This document shows, piece after piece, positions 1 through 8,946 of a stretch of DNA of 64,000 nucleotides. The notes under the pieces were generated by a model that was not told the origin of the DNA, did no database searches, and was given only the letters and a program-made list of their open reading frames with translations. The DNA is from an uncultured Candidatus Saccharibacteria bacterium. Its GTDB lineage: Bacteria > Patescibacteriota > WWE3 > UBA101185 > UBA10185. The stretch is taken from positions 8,606 to 72,605 of the forward strand of contig CAZXUJ010000004.1 of NCBI GenBank assembly GCA_964643995.1. Direction: 5' to 3'. How positions within the stretch are numbered: the first letter of the stretch is position 1; the number at the start of each line of letters is the position of its first letter. The translations under genes were made by a program, and so were the position numbers.

Positions 1-789
1 GGTTAATGCGTCATAAGCGGCACGAGTGTCAAGCTCATTTACCAGATTGCTATATTGTTCCAACTGAGCAAAGTGCTTTTTTGAGACCATTTCCGGAGTA
101 ACCCCTACATCAGCCTGCGCCCACATTAGACCCAAGATATCGCTAAAATGGTCAATGTTATCGGCAGTACCTAATGCAGCACCAGCACGAACTATGCCTT
201 CTTCACCACTACGAACTGTTAATAGCAACGCAAGGCGACGAAATTCCTCCCAAGCTGTTGGTGGGAGAGATTGATTGATTTCCTCAAAATGATCCTTGTT
301 ATAAACCAAAACTAAGCCATCGTAATAAGCAGGCAAGGCTTTGATTTCATTACCAACAACACCACTAGCAGTAACAACTGGAAAATATTTGGTTTCGTAG
401 GCGGCTACATCCATTAGGTCAGCGGGCATAGGGGACAATGTAGAACTCAACCTTGATACCCAACTGTTATGAATCAAGGCAATGTCAACTTCAGCGGTAG
501 GATCTTGGAAACGGGCAAAAACACGTTCTTTGTATTCAGGGAGTGTCATAATAGATCTATCCTCATAGGAGATAGTGACATTCGGGTGCTGCTCTTGATA
601 TTTGTTTATAAGACTTTGGATAACTGCTGGATCTTCCCAAAGACCCCACACCTTAAGAGTCACAGGTTCGGTTGAAACATCTTTACCACCAAAATATTTT
701 CCAATAACCGGAAGATCTTGCAAGGTACATGCAGTAAGTACCACAGAAAGTATAGGTAATAGGGCAAGTACTCTGATTTTTTTATTCAT
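1..789 (-). CDS. ABC-type sugar extracellular solute-binding lipoprotein (3' end runs off window)
   Basis: Not in ORF track; manual translation from ATG at 789: MNKKIRVLALLPILSVVLTAC (lipobox) ...TLKVWGLWED...YQEQHPNVTISY...LPAYYDGLVLVYNKDHF...PPTAWEEF, typical of SBP_bac_1 proteins. Confidence 0.85.
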   Translation of the reverse strand, partial: MNKKIRVLALLPILSVVLTACTLQDLPVIGKYFGGKDVSTEPVTLKVWGLWEDPAVIQSLINKYQEQHPNVTISYEDRSIMTLPEYKERVFARFQDPTAEVDIALIHNSWVSRLSSTLSPMPADLMDVAAYETKYFPVVTASGVVGNEIKALPAYYDGLVLVYNKDHFEEINQSLPPTAWEEFRRLALLLTVRSGEEGIVRAGAALGTADNIDHFSDILGLMWAQADVGVTPEMVSKKHFAQLEQYSNLVNELDTRAAYDALT

Positions 790-808
790 ATTCAGGCAGA
801 CCTGTAAA

Positions 809-2053
809 TCAACTGGTGTAATTATATGCGAAATAAAAACCTAGAGTCAACCAAAACAATAAAAACGTTTGGTGCATAGTTAAAAGATAATGATCAAATA
901 AACCCAGAACTACAAATTGCACAAAGCTAATCTGAAAAATAAGTATAGATTTTTTGTAAGACAAAAACACAAAAACATATATAAACACATAAAAGACGAA
1001 TGCAAATAAACCACCTTCAATGAACATTAGTACAAATATATTGTGAACGGGTTGTGGATATTTTATAGCATCAAAATATCTAAAGTGGTCCGCGGATATT
1101 CCTGTGCTAGCGGCCAAACCAGTACCAAACCAAAAATAATCATTGAGGTTATCATTTACCACCTGATATAAACCAATTCTTCTATATATTGAGGGGTTGT
1201 TAGGAACAAGTTTATTAAGATAAGGCAATGTGTTCGCCAACAAAAGAGCCGATACTACAAAAATTAGGTATATCTTTATGTGATGCTTTGAATCTAGGCG
1301 AGGCAACAAAAATGTCAAAAAAGCACCAATGGAAAGTGCCAGAATTGCGGTAAGGCTAGTTGTCAGAATAATAACTAATATGCTCAAAACAATTGTGATT
1401 GTGGTTAAGTTCCTCAAACGTGAAGATAGTGAAGTTTTTGCAGAAAATAACCAAAGAATAACCACACTTAAATAACCAGCAAGGACATTAGGATGGCGAA
1501 AAGTACCATAGGGAGGCACTATAGTTTTACCAAAAAACGATTCTCGAGAAATACCATAGGTTGAAAAATTGTAGGGCTGTTCACCAAAAAAAAGATAATT
1601 ATCAAAAACAGAACCTTGTTGAAAAAATTGTAAAAGCGATAATACCGAAATAAATAAGGTGCTAAATAGAATTAACTTTATGAGGACAGGCCACAAATCA
1701 CTTATACGAAGTGAAAACCCAATGATCAAAGAAGTAAAAACATATAAACAGATACGTAAAAGAAATACTACGGAAATTGAATAATTGATGGAGACGAGCG
1801 TGGATAAAAACAAAGAAAAAACTAAAAACAGTAATAATCTTGGAAACCACACCAATCGAAACTCTGGGCGAAAAGTTCTCCCAGAAAGTAACCATGAAAA
1901 CACCAAAAATAAAACACACAAATCTTGCAAATAAACTGTAGGAATCAAATAATCTACTAACAAGCCATTGATATAGCTTGAAGCTAATACAAAGTGATAG
2001 CCTAAATTGAAAGGCATAACCAACAACAATGAGTATAGAAATAGCAAATACAT
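809..2053 (-). CDS. O-antigen ligase/Wzy_C-like polytopic membrane protein
   Basis: Many TM helices; YGTFRHPNVLAGYL, WFGTG and PVHNIFVLMFIEGG motifs. Confidence 0.8.
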   Translation of the reverse strand: MYLLFLYSLLLVMPFNLGYHFVLASSYINGLLVDYLIPTVYLQDLCVLFLVFSWLLSGRTFRPEFRLVWFPRLLLFLVFSLFLSTLVSINYSISVVFLLRICLYVFTSLIIGFSLRISDLWPVLIKLILFSTLFISVLSLLQFFQQGSVFDNYLFFGEQPYNFSTYGISRESFFGKTIVPPYGTFRHPNVLAGYLSVVILWLFSAKTSLSSRLRNLTTITIVLSILVIILTTSLTAILALSIGAFLTFLLPRLDSKHHIKIYLIFVVSALLLANTLPYLNKLVPNNPSIYRRIGLYQVVNDNLNDYFWFGTGLAASTGISADHFRYFDAIKYPQPVHNIFVLMFIEGGLFAFVFYVFIYVFVFLSYKKSILIFQISFVQFVVLGLFDHYLLTMHQTFLLFWLTLGFYFAYNYTS

Positions 2054-2081
2054 AACTTATTTTTTGTGGGCAGGGTACAAA

Positions 2082-2831
2082 CTAGATGCAAAGCTTTTTA
2101 GCTTGATCATGTGCAATATGAATTAAATTGTCCTCTAAAATTGGTAGTTCTTCAACACCTAGACTTTTTTTTAGCAAGTAATCTGCAAAGTGTGGGTTTT
2201 TTGAAAGTATGGGACCATGTAGATAAGTTCCTATAGCGTTTTTGTACATGGCGCCTTCAGTAAAATCCTCACCATTATTCCCAAAACCTCCTAGAACTCT
2301 TCCAAAAGGCTTTGTCCCAGAGTCTAAGTATGTACGACCTCCGTGGTTCTCGAAACCAACCAAGGTATTGCCAAAGGTAGCATCATCTAAATTTAGGGAG
2401 GATTCAATACAGATGTTACCTATACAGCGAGATTTGTGATTACCAAAATGTTCAGTATGAAGACGAAATATACCAAGGCCTCCTAGAATACTTTGGTCAG
2501 CAGCTTTATAATAGTGGCCAAATAACTGATAAGAACCACAAATAAACAAGCCAACACCGCCCTGTTCAACATAGTCCCGAATATACGGGCCTTTGTTTTC
2601 TACAAGATCTTGATAGAGGTTCTGCTGACTTGCGTCCGGTCCACCACCCATGAAAATAAGGTTGATACCAGACATAACACTTGAATCCAACTTAGTGTCT
2701 AGGCCTACATATACTAGCTCAGTAGCATAGCCACGCCTTAATGCACGATATAATAAAATCTCTACATTTCCGTTATCACCATATAAGTTAAGTAAATCCG
2801 AATAAAAGTAACCTATTTTTAGCTTTTTCAT
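2082..2831 (-). CDS. gatD: Lipid II isoglutaminyl synthase glutaminase subunit GatD (CobQ-like)
   Basis: LNLYGDNGN, GGGPD, ICGSYQ, GFENHGGRT, TYLHGPILSKNP; coupled to murT. Confidence 0.92.
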   Translation of the reverse strand: MKKLKIGYFYSDLLNLYGDNGNVEILLYRALRRGYATELVYVGLDTKLDSSVMSGINLIFMGGGPDASQQNLYQDLVENKGPYIRDYVEQGGVGLFICGSYQLFGHYYKAADQSILGGLGIFRLHTEHFGNHKSRCIGNICIESSLNLDDATFGNTLVGFENHGGRTYLDSGTKPFGRVLGGFGNNGEDFTEGAMYKNAIGTYLHGPILSKNPHFADYLLKKSLGVEELPILEDNLIHIAHDQAKKLCI

Positions 2832-3964
2832 AATATTGACCTGCCTAACAGTAATTTTCGCAACGCAAGCATTGCAGAATAATTGGGAAATGTGACGACT
2901 TGGCGAATGTTATCTAGAGCACTCATCTTAGCAACAATCTCAGAAATGTTAACACTTATGTTTTCTAGAGGGAGCGTAATTCCGACATAGTGCAAACGAA
3001 CTGCCAAATCATAACAACGCGTACCAGAAATAAATATATGCTTGAAAGGTTTAAGACTCTTCGATAAAGCATCGGAGTCTATGTCATAAATCCATGAGAC
3101 ATCCCGACCATCAGGGATATTATCGTTTAATAGTAGGAAAACGGCAGTGTTTATAGGATTAAAATCAGCCAACAACGAAAGGTTATGGTTAAAACTGGAT
3201 GGGTTCTTTGCAAGATAGATATGCTGATTTGCAATACGCTCCCCACGCCCATAGGCAAACTCAAATGTTGCTAGAGTAGGAAGTAAAAAATCCTCAGCAA
3301 AACCAAATAAGCGCAGAGTATACAAAGCTGCATTTAAATTGTTAGCATTAAAATCCCCTTTAAGCTTAGTTTTTAATAAGTAATCCTTGGAGTCATCAAA
3401 ATAGTGCACATTACTGAAATTGCTAAGCATGTCTATGAAATCAGGAGTTCCTGAATATGCAACAATGTTGCCTGGGGTGTCACGCACTATTGAGTATCCC
3501 CATTTTTCAGCAATGATATCGGTTTCACCATAACGATCAAGTTGATCACGGGAAAGGTTTAACAGCACAAGCACATTAGGACACAAATAAGGTAATAGGT
3601 TAGGCAAAGTGAACTCGTCCACTTCAAAAACACCGTAATCTGCGACTAAATGCCCACGCAAAGAAGTCGCTAAAAGTATTGATGAAGTAATGCCACCTAA
3701 TAAATTGGCACCAGTGTTATTAGTTAACACGGAATGTCCGGTTTTTTCCAACATGTGCGCGATAAGTTTAGCTGTAGTTGTTTTACCATTGGTACCCGTG
3801 ATAAAAACTACGCCTTTATTGAATTTGATGTGCGGGTCTTTTAATACATGAGCATTAATTTTTAATGCTAAATAACCAGGTAGCGTATAACCAGCCCCAG
3901 TATTAAATATTTTAATTGTCCAATAAATAAATTTTGCAAACAGTGTTGTAAATAAAAATTTCAT
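2828..3964 (-). CDS. murT: Lipid II isoglutaminyl synthase MurT (Mur ligase + DUF1727)
   Basis: ITGTNGKTTT, EVDE, NLSRDQLDRYGE, LAKNP, DGRDVSWIYD, NYSAML. Confidence 0.92.
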   Translation of the reverse strand: MKFLFTTLFAKFIYWTIKIFNTGAGYTLPGYLALKINAHVLKDPHIKFNKGVVFITGTNGKTTTAKLIAHMLEKTGHSVLTNNTGANLLGGITSSILLATSLRGHLVADYGVFEVDEFTLPNLLPYLCPNVLVLLNLSRDQLDRYGETDIIAEKWGYSIVRDTPGNIVAYSGTPDFIDMLSNFSNVHYFDDSKDYLLKTKLKGDFNANNLNAALYTLRLFGFAEDFLLPTLATFEFAYGRGERIANQHIYLAKNPSSFNHNLSLLADFNPINTAVFLLLNDNIPDGRDVSWIYDIDSDALSKSLKPFKHIFISGTRCYDLAVRLHYVGITLPLENISVNISEIVAKMSALDNIRQVVTFPNYSAMLALRKLLLGRSIL

Positions 3965-4388
3965 TATTTAGTTCTTAACATTCAATTAATATATTGTATA
4001 TATAAAAACAGTAGTAATAGTAGTATACATTGTTGATATATAGAATAACTTCTTTACATGCATTTGTTTAGCCTTTATTACGTCATGTGCCTTGTTGAAA
4101 AACTCTTTTAGTTTTTGTACCTGCTTTTTATGATGCTTTAATTACCTTTGTCTTTATCAAATCAGCTTTTTGGACTGTGTATAAATTGGCCTTTTGTGTG
4201 GATAACTTTGTAGATAAGGTACCTAGTTATCCTTTGTGCCTATAGTATTTGGCTTGTTGCCCCCAACTGCCTTTTAAATTTCCACGTATTCTCTACATTT
4301 TGTCCACTTTGTTATTTGTTACGTTTTTGACTGCTTTCCTTCCTTATTTCTCTAATCCGCCAATATTAGTTGTTCTTTTGTGTATAAC
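3965..4388. other. Chromosomal replication origin oriC (DnaA boxes, DnaA-trios, AT-rich unwinding element)
   Basis: Gene-free 424 bp downstream of dnaA; DnaA boxes TGTGTATAA 4176-4184, TGTGGATAA 4197-4205, TGTGTATAA 4379-4387; trinucleotide run CAGTAGTAATAGTAGTA 4009-4025 beside AT-rich tract 3984-4008. Confidence 0.85.
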
Positions 4389-5786
4389 TTAATTGTGGTA
4401 TATAAATTGTTTGATGTTATGAATGTCTTTTTTTGCTTCCATTGTTTTCTCAATATCCTCCTCGACCTTTCTCACACCATGCATTATTGTTGTATGGTCT
4501 CGCCCTCCAAGTAGTTCTCCAATGCTCATGTATGGTGTTTGGGTCATCTCATACATTAGGTACATAGCTACTTGCCTAGGTATTACAAGATCCTTAGTGC
4601 GGCGTTTTCCTTTGATATCGGTCATACGTACTGAATAGTATGAGCATACCGCTTTGAGTATTTGATTTACGTTTACAGGTTTGTTCCTATCTGATTTCAC
4701 GATGTTTGAAAGCGCTTGTTGGGCAACACTTACGGATATTTCCTCTCCCAAAGCGTTAGCCATGGTAACTACTTGCATATACGAGCCTTCTAACTCGCGA
4801 ATGTTTGTAGGAACATTTTCAGCTATAAAATCTATTACATCATTTGGAAAGTTGTGTCCGCTTCTGTCTCTTTTTGCTCTTAGGATTGCTGCACGTAGTT
4901 CATAATCTGGTTTTTGAATGTCTGCCATGATCCCACTTCTGAACCTCGACGTTATGCGCTCCTCGATGTTTTTAAACTCTTCCGCTGGACGATCCGAGGC
5001 CAATACTATCTGTTTTTGTTTCATATGTAGGTCATTAAATGTATGGAAGAACTCCTCTTGAGTTTGCTCTTTACCAGATATGAACTGAATATCATCGATT
5101 ATAAGCACGTCTGCACTTCTGTATTTTTTTCTAAATTCTGCATTGTATTTACCCTTACCGCTTTTTTTTTGGATGAATTCAATTAATTCATTTGCAAAAC
5201 GTTCTCCTGTACAGTAAATTACGCTCGCACTGGGCTTAAGGTCCAGAACTCTGTTACCGATCGCTTGTATAAGGTGTGTTTTACCGAGTCCAACTCCTGC
5301 GTAAAGAAAAAATGGATTGTACATAGTACCAGGACTATTAGCTATTGAGTCTGCTATAGCATAGGCTAATCGGTTTGTATTACCCATAATATAGTTTTCA
5401 AAAGTGTAATTGGGGTTTAGCCCTGCTTGTATTCTGGAATTGGCATCAGCACCATTTTTCGTAGAATCTTTGCTTAATGGTTTAAATAAGGGCTCTTTAA
5501 ATTCCTGCGGTTCTTCAGTTTCTATGGAATTGCTAACCTTAAATACTAGTTCATAGGTTCCCTTACCAATCTGATTCACTTTTTCTTGGATCATTGACCT
5601 GCAGAACCCTTCCAGTTGTTTTTTTGCGTGTTCATTCACACAGGCGATCTCTAGTATATTATCTTCAAATGATAGAGCTTCGGTTTTTTTTACCCATGTG
5701 TTGTATATAGTCTCTGAAAGGGTAACCTCAAGAGATCCTTTAACCGCTTTCCAAAGTTCTTTTGCATGTATACTTGTAGGTGTCAT
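4389..5786 (-). CDS. dnaA: Chromosomal replication initiator DnaA
   Basis: YTFENY, YNPFFLYAGVGLGKTHL, IIDDIQF, QEEFFHTFN, GGRDHTT. Confidence 0.99.
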   Translation of the reverse strand: MTPTSIHAKELWKAVKGSLEVTLSETIYNTWVKKTEALSFEDNILEIACVNEHAKKQLEGFCRSMIQEKVNQIGKGTYELVFKVSNSIETEEPQEFKEPLFKPLSKDSTKNGADANSRIQAGLNPNYTFENYIMGNTNRLAYAIADSIANSPGTMYNPFFLYAGVGLGKTHLIQAIGNRVLDLKPSASVIYCTGERFANELIEFIQKKSGKGKYNAEFRKKYRSADVLIIDDIQFISGKEQTQEEFFHTFNDLHMKQKQIVLASDRPAEEFKNIEERITSRFRSGIMADIQKPDYELRAAILRAKRDRSGHNFPNDVIDFIAENVPTNIRELEGSYMQVVTMANALGEEISVSVAQQALSNIVKSDRNKPVNVNQILKAVCSYYSVRMTDIKGKRRTKDLVIPRQVAMYLMYEMTQTPYMSIGELLGGRDHTTIMHGVRKVEEDIEKTMEAKKDIHNIKQFIYHN

Positions 5787-5815
5787 TGTGTATAAGTTTA
5801 CAAAAGTTATCCACA
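5787..5815. promoter_or_regulatory. DnaA boxes upstream of dnaA (autoregulation or second oriC part)
   Basis: TGTGTATAA 5787-5795 and TTATCCACA 5807-5815. Confidence 0.8.
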
Positions 5816-5916
5816 GTAATAAAGCAACTTTAATTGCACCAATTGCTTGGTTTGCATTATTTGACTATTTGACCGCGATGTATTAACATTCCTCTTGTAT
5901 TTCTACGTGATTTTAT

Positions 5917-6072
5917 ATGACTAAAAGAACCTATCAACCAAAAAAACGTAAAAGAGTAAAGAAGCATGGCTTCTTGAAGAGAATGTCCACAGTTGGAGGG
6001 AGACGTGTTCTTAAGAGTCGTCGGGCAAAAGGTCGTGTATTACTAGCTAGACCTTTAAAGAAAAAAAGCTAG
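5917..6072 (+). CDS. rpmH: 50S ribosomal protein L34
   Basis: Not in ORF track (51 aa): [40 protein letters not shown]...; canonical position divergent from dnaA. Confidence 0.97.
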   Translation: MTKRTYQPKKRKRVKKHGFLKRMSTVGGRRVLKSRRAKGRVLLARPLKKKS

Positions 6073-6091
6073 CTTTTTAGAACACTTAACT

Positions 6092-6451
6092 ATGGTCCCC
6101 AAAGAAAACCGTTTGACCAGCAGGTATGAATTTAATAAGGTCAAATTTCTCTCTGATAAGTTGAATTCAAGATTTAATGGTAAATTTTTTAATCTAATAT
6201 TTGCTAGACCCCTAAATTATGTAGGGTCAAGTAAATTTGGTATTGTCGTTTCAAAAAAAAGTGTTGCGTCTGCCGTACTGAGAAATACCTTAAAACGAAA
6301 GTATAGAGAACTGCTGAGAGGTAAACTTTCTGATTTGAACGAGGGTGTTTGGGTGGTAATCTACCCCAAATCGCGTAGTATAGAAGCAAGTTATGAAGAG
6401 CTTAGTTCTAGCCTTACTCAAGTTTTACAGGCTAACAATATCTCCAAATAG
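6092..6451 (+). CDS. rnpA: Ribonuclease P protein component
   Basis: ENRL..EF, FGIVVSKK..SAVLRNTLKRKYRE; synteny after rpmH. Confidence 0.92.
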   Translation: MVPKENRLTSRYEFNKVKFLSDKLNSRFNGKFFNLIFARPLNYVGSSKFGIVVSKKSVASAVLRNTLKRKYRELLRGKLSDLNEGVWVVIYPKSRSIEASYEELSSSLTQVLQANNISK

Positions 6452-6608
6452 ATTGGGCTTAAAGGTATGTAGGTTCGAACCTAGTTGTTCGAAATACACT
6501 TATGAAGCGGTGTCCAAATATGGTATTTTAAAGGGTGGCTTGTTAGGCTTTTGGAGAATCTGTCGTTGTAATCCATTTAGTAAGGGAGGTTACGATCCGG
6601 TAAAATGA
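6393..6608 (+). CDS. yidD: Membrane protein insertion efficiency factor YidD
   Basis: CRFEPSCSKY...RICRCNPFSKGGYDPV. Confidence 0.96.
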   Translation: MKSLVLALLKFYRLTISPNRLGLKVCRFEPSCSKYTYEAVSKYGILKGGLLGFWRICRCNPFSKGGYDPVK

Positions 6609-7360
6609 GCTTTATTTGGCATACATTATTGGTAAATCCAATTCTTAATATCTTGGTAGTACTTTATGATTTAACTGGTAGCTTAGGTACCGGTATCATT
6701 TTAGTAACTTTACTTGTTCGTACGTTATTGCTTCCGGTGATTATTCCCTCTATGCGTCAAATGAAAAAGCAAAAGGCCTTACAACCTGAACTCGAAAAGC
6801 TCAAGAAAAAGTATAAGGATGATAAGAAGAAAATGGCAGAGGCGCAGATGGAGTTGTTTAAGAAACATGGCCTAAACCCTGTGTCTGGTTGTTTAACCCA
6901 AATACCTATGCTTATCGTGCTTATTGCTGTTTATAATGTCATTAAAACAATTTCTAAAGCCCCTGATTTTGCTACTATTAACTCCCTCCTTTATTTTGAT
7001 TCAATCAAATTGGTTGAACCCGTTCACACTAATTTTTTGTACATGGACTTGTCTCATCCTGATCCTTACTACATCCTTGGTGTTTTATCAGGTATTCTTC
7101 AGTACTTTACTTCTAAACTTTCTTTTGGTTTTACAAAAAAAGCAGAAAAAGTTGCTCATAAAACATCTGACAAAACTGATGACATAGCGTATAATGTCCA
7201 AGAGCAAATGCTTTATATAATGCCTATAATGACAGTAGTTATAGGCTTAACACTCCCCGCAGGTGTCGTTCTTTATATAGTGACAACTACACTATTTTCG
7301 TTAGTGCAAACTTATTTTACTTTGGGTAAGACCGAGTTTCTTCCCAAGAAGGAAGAGTAA
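6605..7360 (+). CDS. yidC: Membrane protein insertase YidC (short form)
   Basis: LQPELEKLKKKYKDD, NPVSGCL, LPAGVVLY; synteny. Confidence 0.95.
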   Translation: MSFIWHTLLVNPILNILVVLYDLTGSLGTGIILVTLLVRTLLLPVIIPSMRQMKKQKALQPELEKLKKKYKDDKKKMAEAQMELFKKHGLNPVSGCLTQIPMLIVLIAVYNVIKTISKAPDFATINSLLYFDSIKLVEPVHTNFLYMDLSHPDPYYILGVLSGILQYFTSKLSFGFTKKAEKVAHKTSDKTDDIAYNVQEQMLYIMPIMTVVIGLTLPAGVVLYIVTTTLFSLVQTYFTLGKTEFLPKKEE

Positions 7361-7362
7361 TC

Positions 7363-7827
7363 ATGAAGGAAATGACAACTTTTATTGAGCAATACATAAA
7401 TAAAGTAGCTAGATCATTGGGTATCAAGCCAATTATTGATGTTACTGCAACTAAGGCTAACGATGATGAAGTTCTTAATGTAGCTATTACAGGTGATAAT
7501 CTTAGCTTTCTAATCGGGTATCGGGGCACTTCGCTTGATGGTTTACAGCACTTACTTTCTCTTGCTGTTTTTAAAGAATTTGATAAATGGCCTATCTTAG
7601 TAGTGGACGTAAACGACTATCGTTCTAAAAAGAAAGAGGGTCTTGAGGAATTAGCTAAAAGTTTTATAGATCGTGTGCGCTTTTTTAAAACGGAAGTGGA
7701 AATGTCTCCTATGTCTTCGTACGATCGCAAACAAATTCATGAATTCGTTGCTGGTTATGATGACGTAACTTCTTTTAGTGTTGGAGAGGGCGCAGATAGA
7801 CGTGTGGTTATTAAACCTGCTCTATGA
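7363..7827 (+). CDS. jag: Jag/KhpB (KH + R3H) RNA-binding protein, lacking N-terminal Jag_N
   Basis: LIGYRGTSLDGLQHL, VDVNDYR, PMSSYDRKQIHE, SVGEGADRRVVI. Confidence 0.9.
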   Translation: MKEMTTFIEQYINKVARSLGIKPIIDVTATKANDDEVLNVAITGDNLSFLIGYRGTSLDGLQHLLSLAVFKEFDKWPILVVDVNDYRSKKKEGLEELAKSFIDRVRFFKTEVEMSPMSSYDRKQIHEFVAGYDDVTSFSVGEGADRRVVIKPAL

Positions 7828-8939
7828 AATTTACCTGCCGTAAAGACAACTTATTAAAAAGCCTCTCTATAGTATCTAAAGCTATTCCTATTAAGCATTC
7901 GTTTCCTATTTTGACGAATGTTCTAATAACTGCTAAAGATGGTCGTCTAAGTTTATCAGGCACTAATCTGGACACTGCTATAGTTACCTACGTAGGAGCT
8001 GATATTGAAGAGGAAGGTTCCTTTACAGTACCTGCTAGAGAATTGGCCGAATTTCTTTCCCACCTTGTTTCTTCTGAAACTCTTACCATTTCTTTAACGA
8101 AAGATACTTTGCATATTTCGTCTGGTACTACTAAATCTAAGTTTAATGGAATTACTGCACAGGATTACCCTGAACTTCCCTTATTGGACGAAAGTTTGGC
8201 TTGTATTGAGTTGTCTCCAAAAGAGTTTAGTTCTGCCGTTTCTCAGGTAGGCTTTTCGGTGGCTCTTGATGATTCTAGACCAGTGTTCTCGGGCATTCTC
8301 ATCAAGTATGACGACAATAAACTTTACTTTGTGGCGTCTGATGGCTTCAGATTAACTGAAAAAGTTTTAGCTGTTGTATCAGATGTTGCAGACTTCACAG
8401 TGATATTACCTGCCAGAACTCTCTTGGAAGTTGCTAGGATATTCGGTTCCTGTGATGAAAAGGTTAAAATCTTCTTGAGTCAGAATAAAAATCTTTGTCT
8501 ATTACAATGTGAGGATATCTTGGTTTCATCTAGAGTGATTGATGGAGCTTATCCTGATTATCGCAGAATAATTCCTAAGGACACTAAAATAAATGCTACT
8601 TTTGAATCAGCTAAACTACACGAGGCCGTTAAACTTACGAATGTATTTACTAAGAATTCAAGTAATTCACTTAGATTGTTGTTTGATCCTAGTGGTGTTT
8701 TGAAAGTTTATTCCACTTCAGAGGAAGTGGGCGAAAATAATACTGAAATTAATGCAGAAATCGAAGGCGACTCTTTAGAGATAATGTTTAATTCAAAATA
8801 CATGTTAGATTTTCTTTCTAACAATAAATTTCAAACCTTACACTTTGGTGCCAATGATCATGGATCTCCCTGTATCATTCGTTCTGTAGACGACGACACT
8901 TTTCTCCACGTTATGGCTCCTATGCAATCTAATGAGTAA
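7824..8939 (+). CDS. dnaN: DNA polymerase III beta sliding clamp
   Basis: PILTNVLI, SRPVFSG, ASDGFRL, GAYPDYRRIIP, FNSKYMLD, VMAPM. Confidence 0.97.
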   Translation: MKFTCRKDNLLKSLSIVSKAIPIKHSFPILTNVLITAKDGRLSLSGTNLDTAIVTYVGADIEEEGSFTVPARELAEFLSHLVSSETLTISLTKDTLHISSGTTKSKFNGITAQDYPELPLLDESLACIELSPKEFSSAVSQVGFSVALDDSRPVFSGILIKYDDNKLYFVASDGFRLTEKVLAVVSDVADFTVILPARTLLEVARIFGSCDEKVKIFLSQNKNLCLLQCEDILVSSRVIDGAYPDYRRIIPKDTKINATFESAKLHEAVKLTNVFTKNSSNSLRLLFDPSGVLKVYSTSEEVGENNTEINAEIEGDSLEIMFNSKYMLDFLSNNKFQTLHFGANDHGSPCIIRSVDDDTFLHVMAPMQSNE

Positions 8940-8946
8940 ATTATTG

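Noticed and set aside
2082-3964. MurT/GatD as a novelty
   Set aside because: Well-known peptidoglycan amidation pair, expected in monoderm-like envelopes
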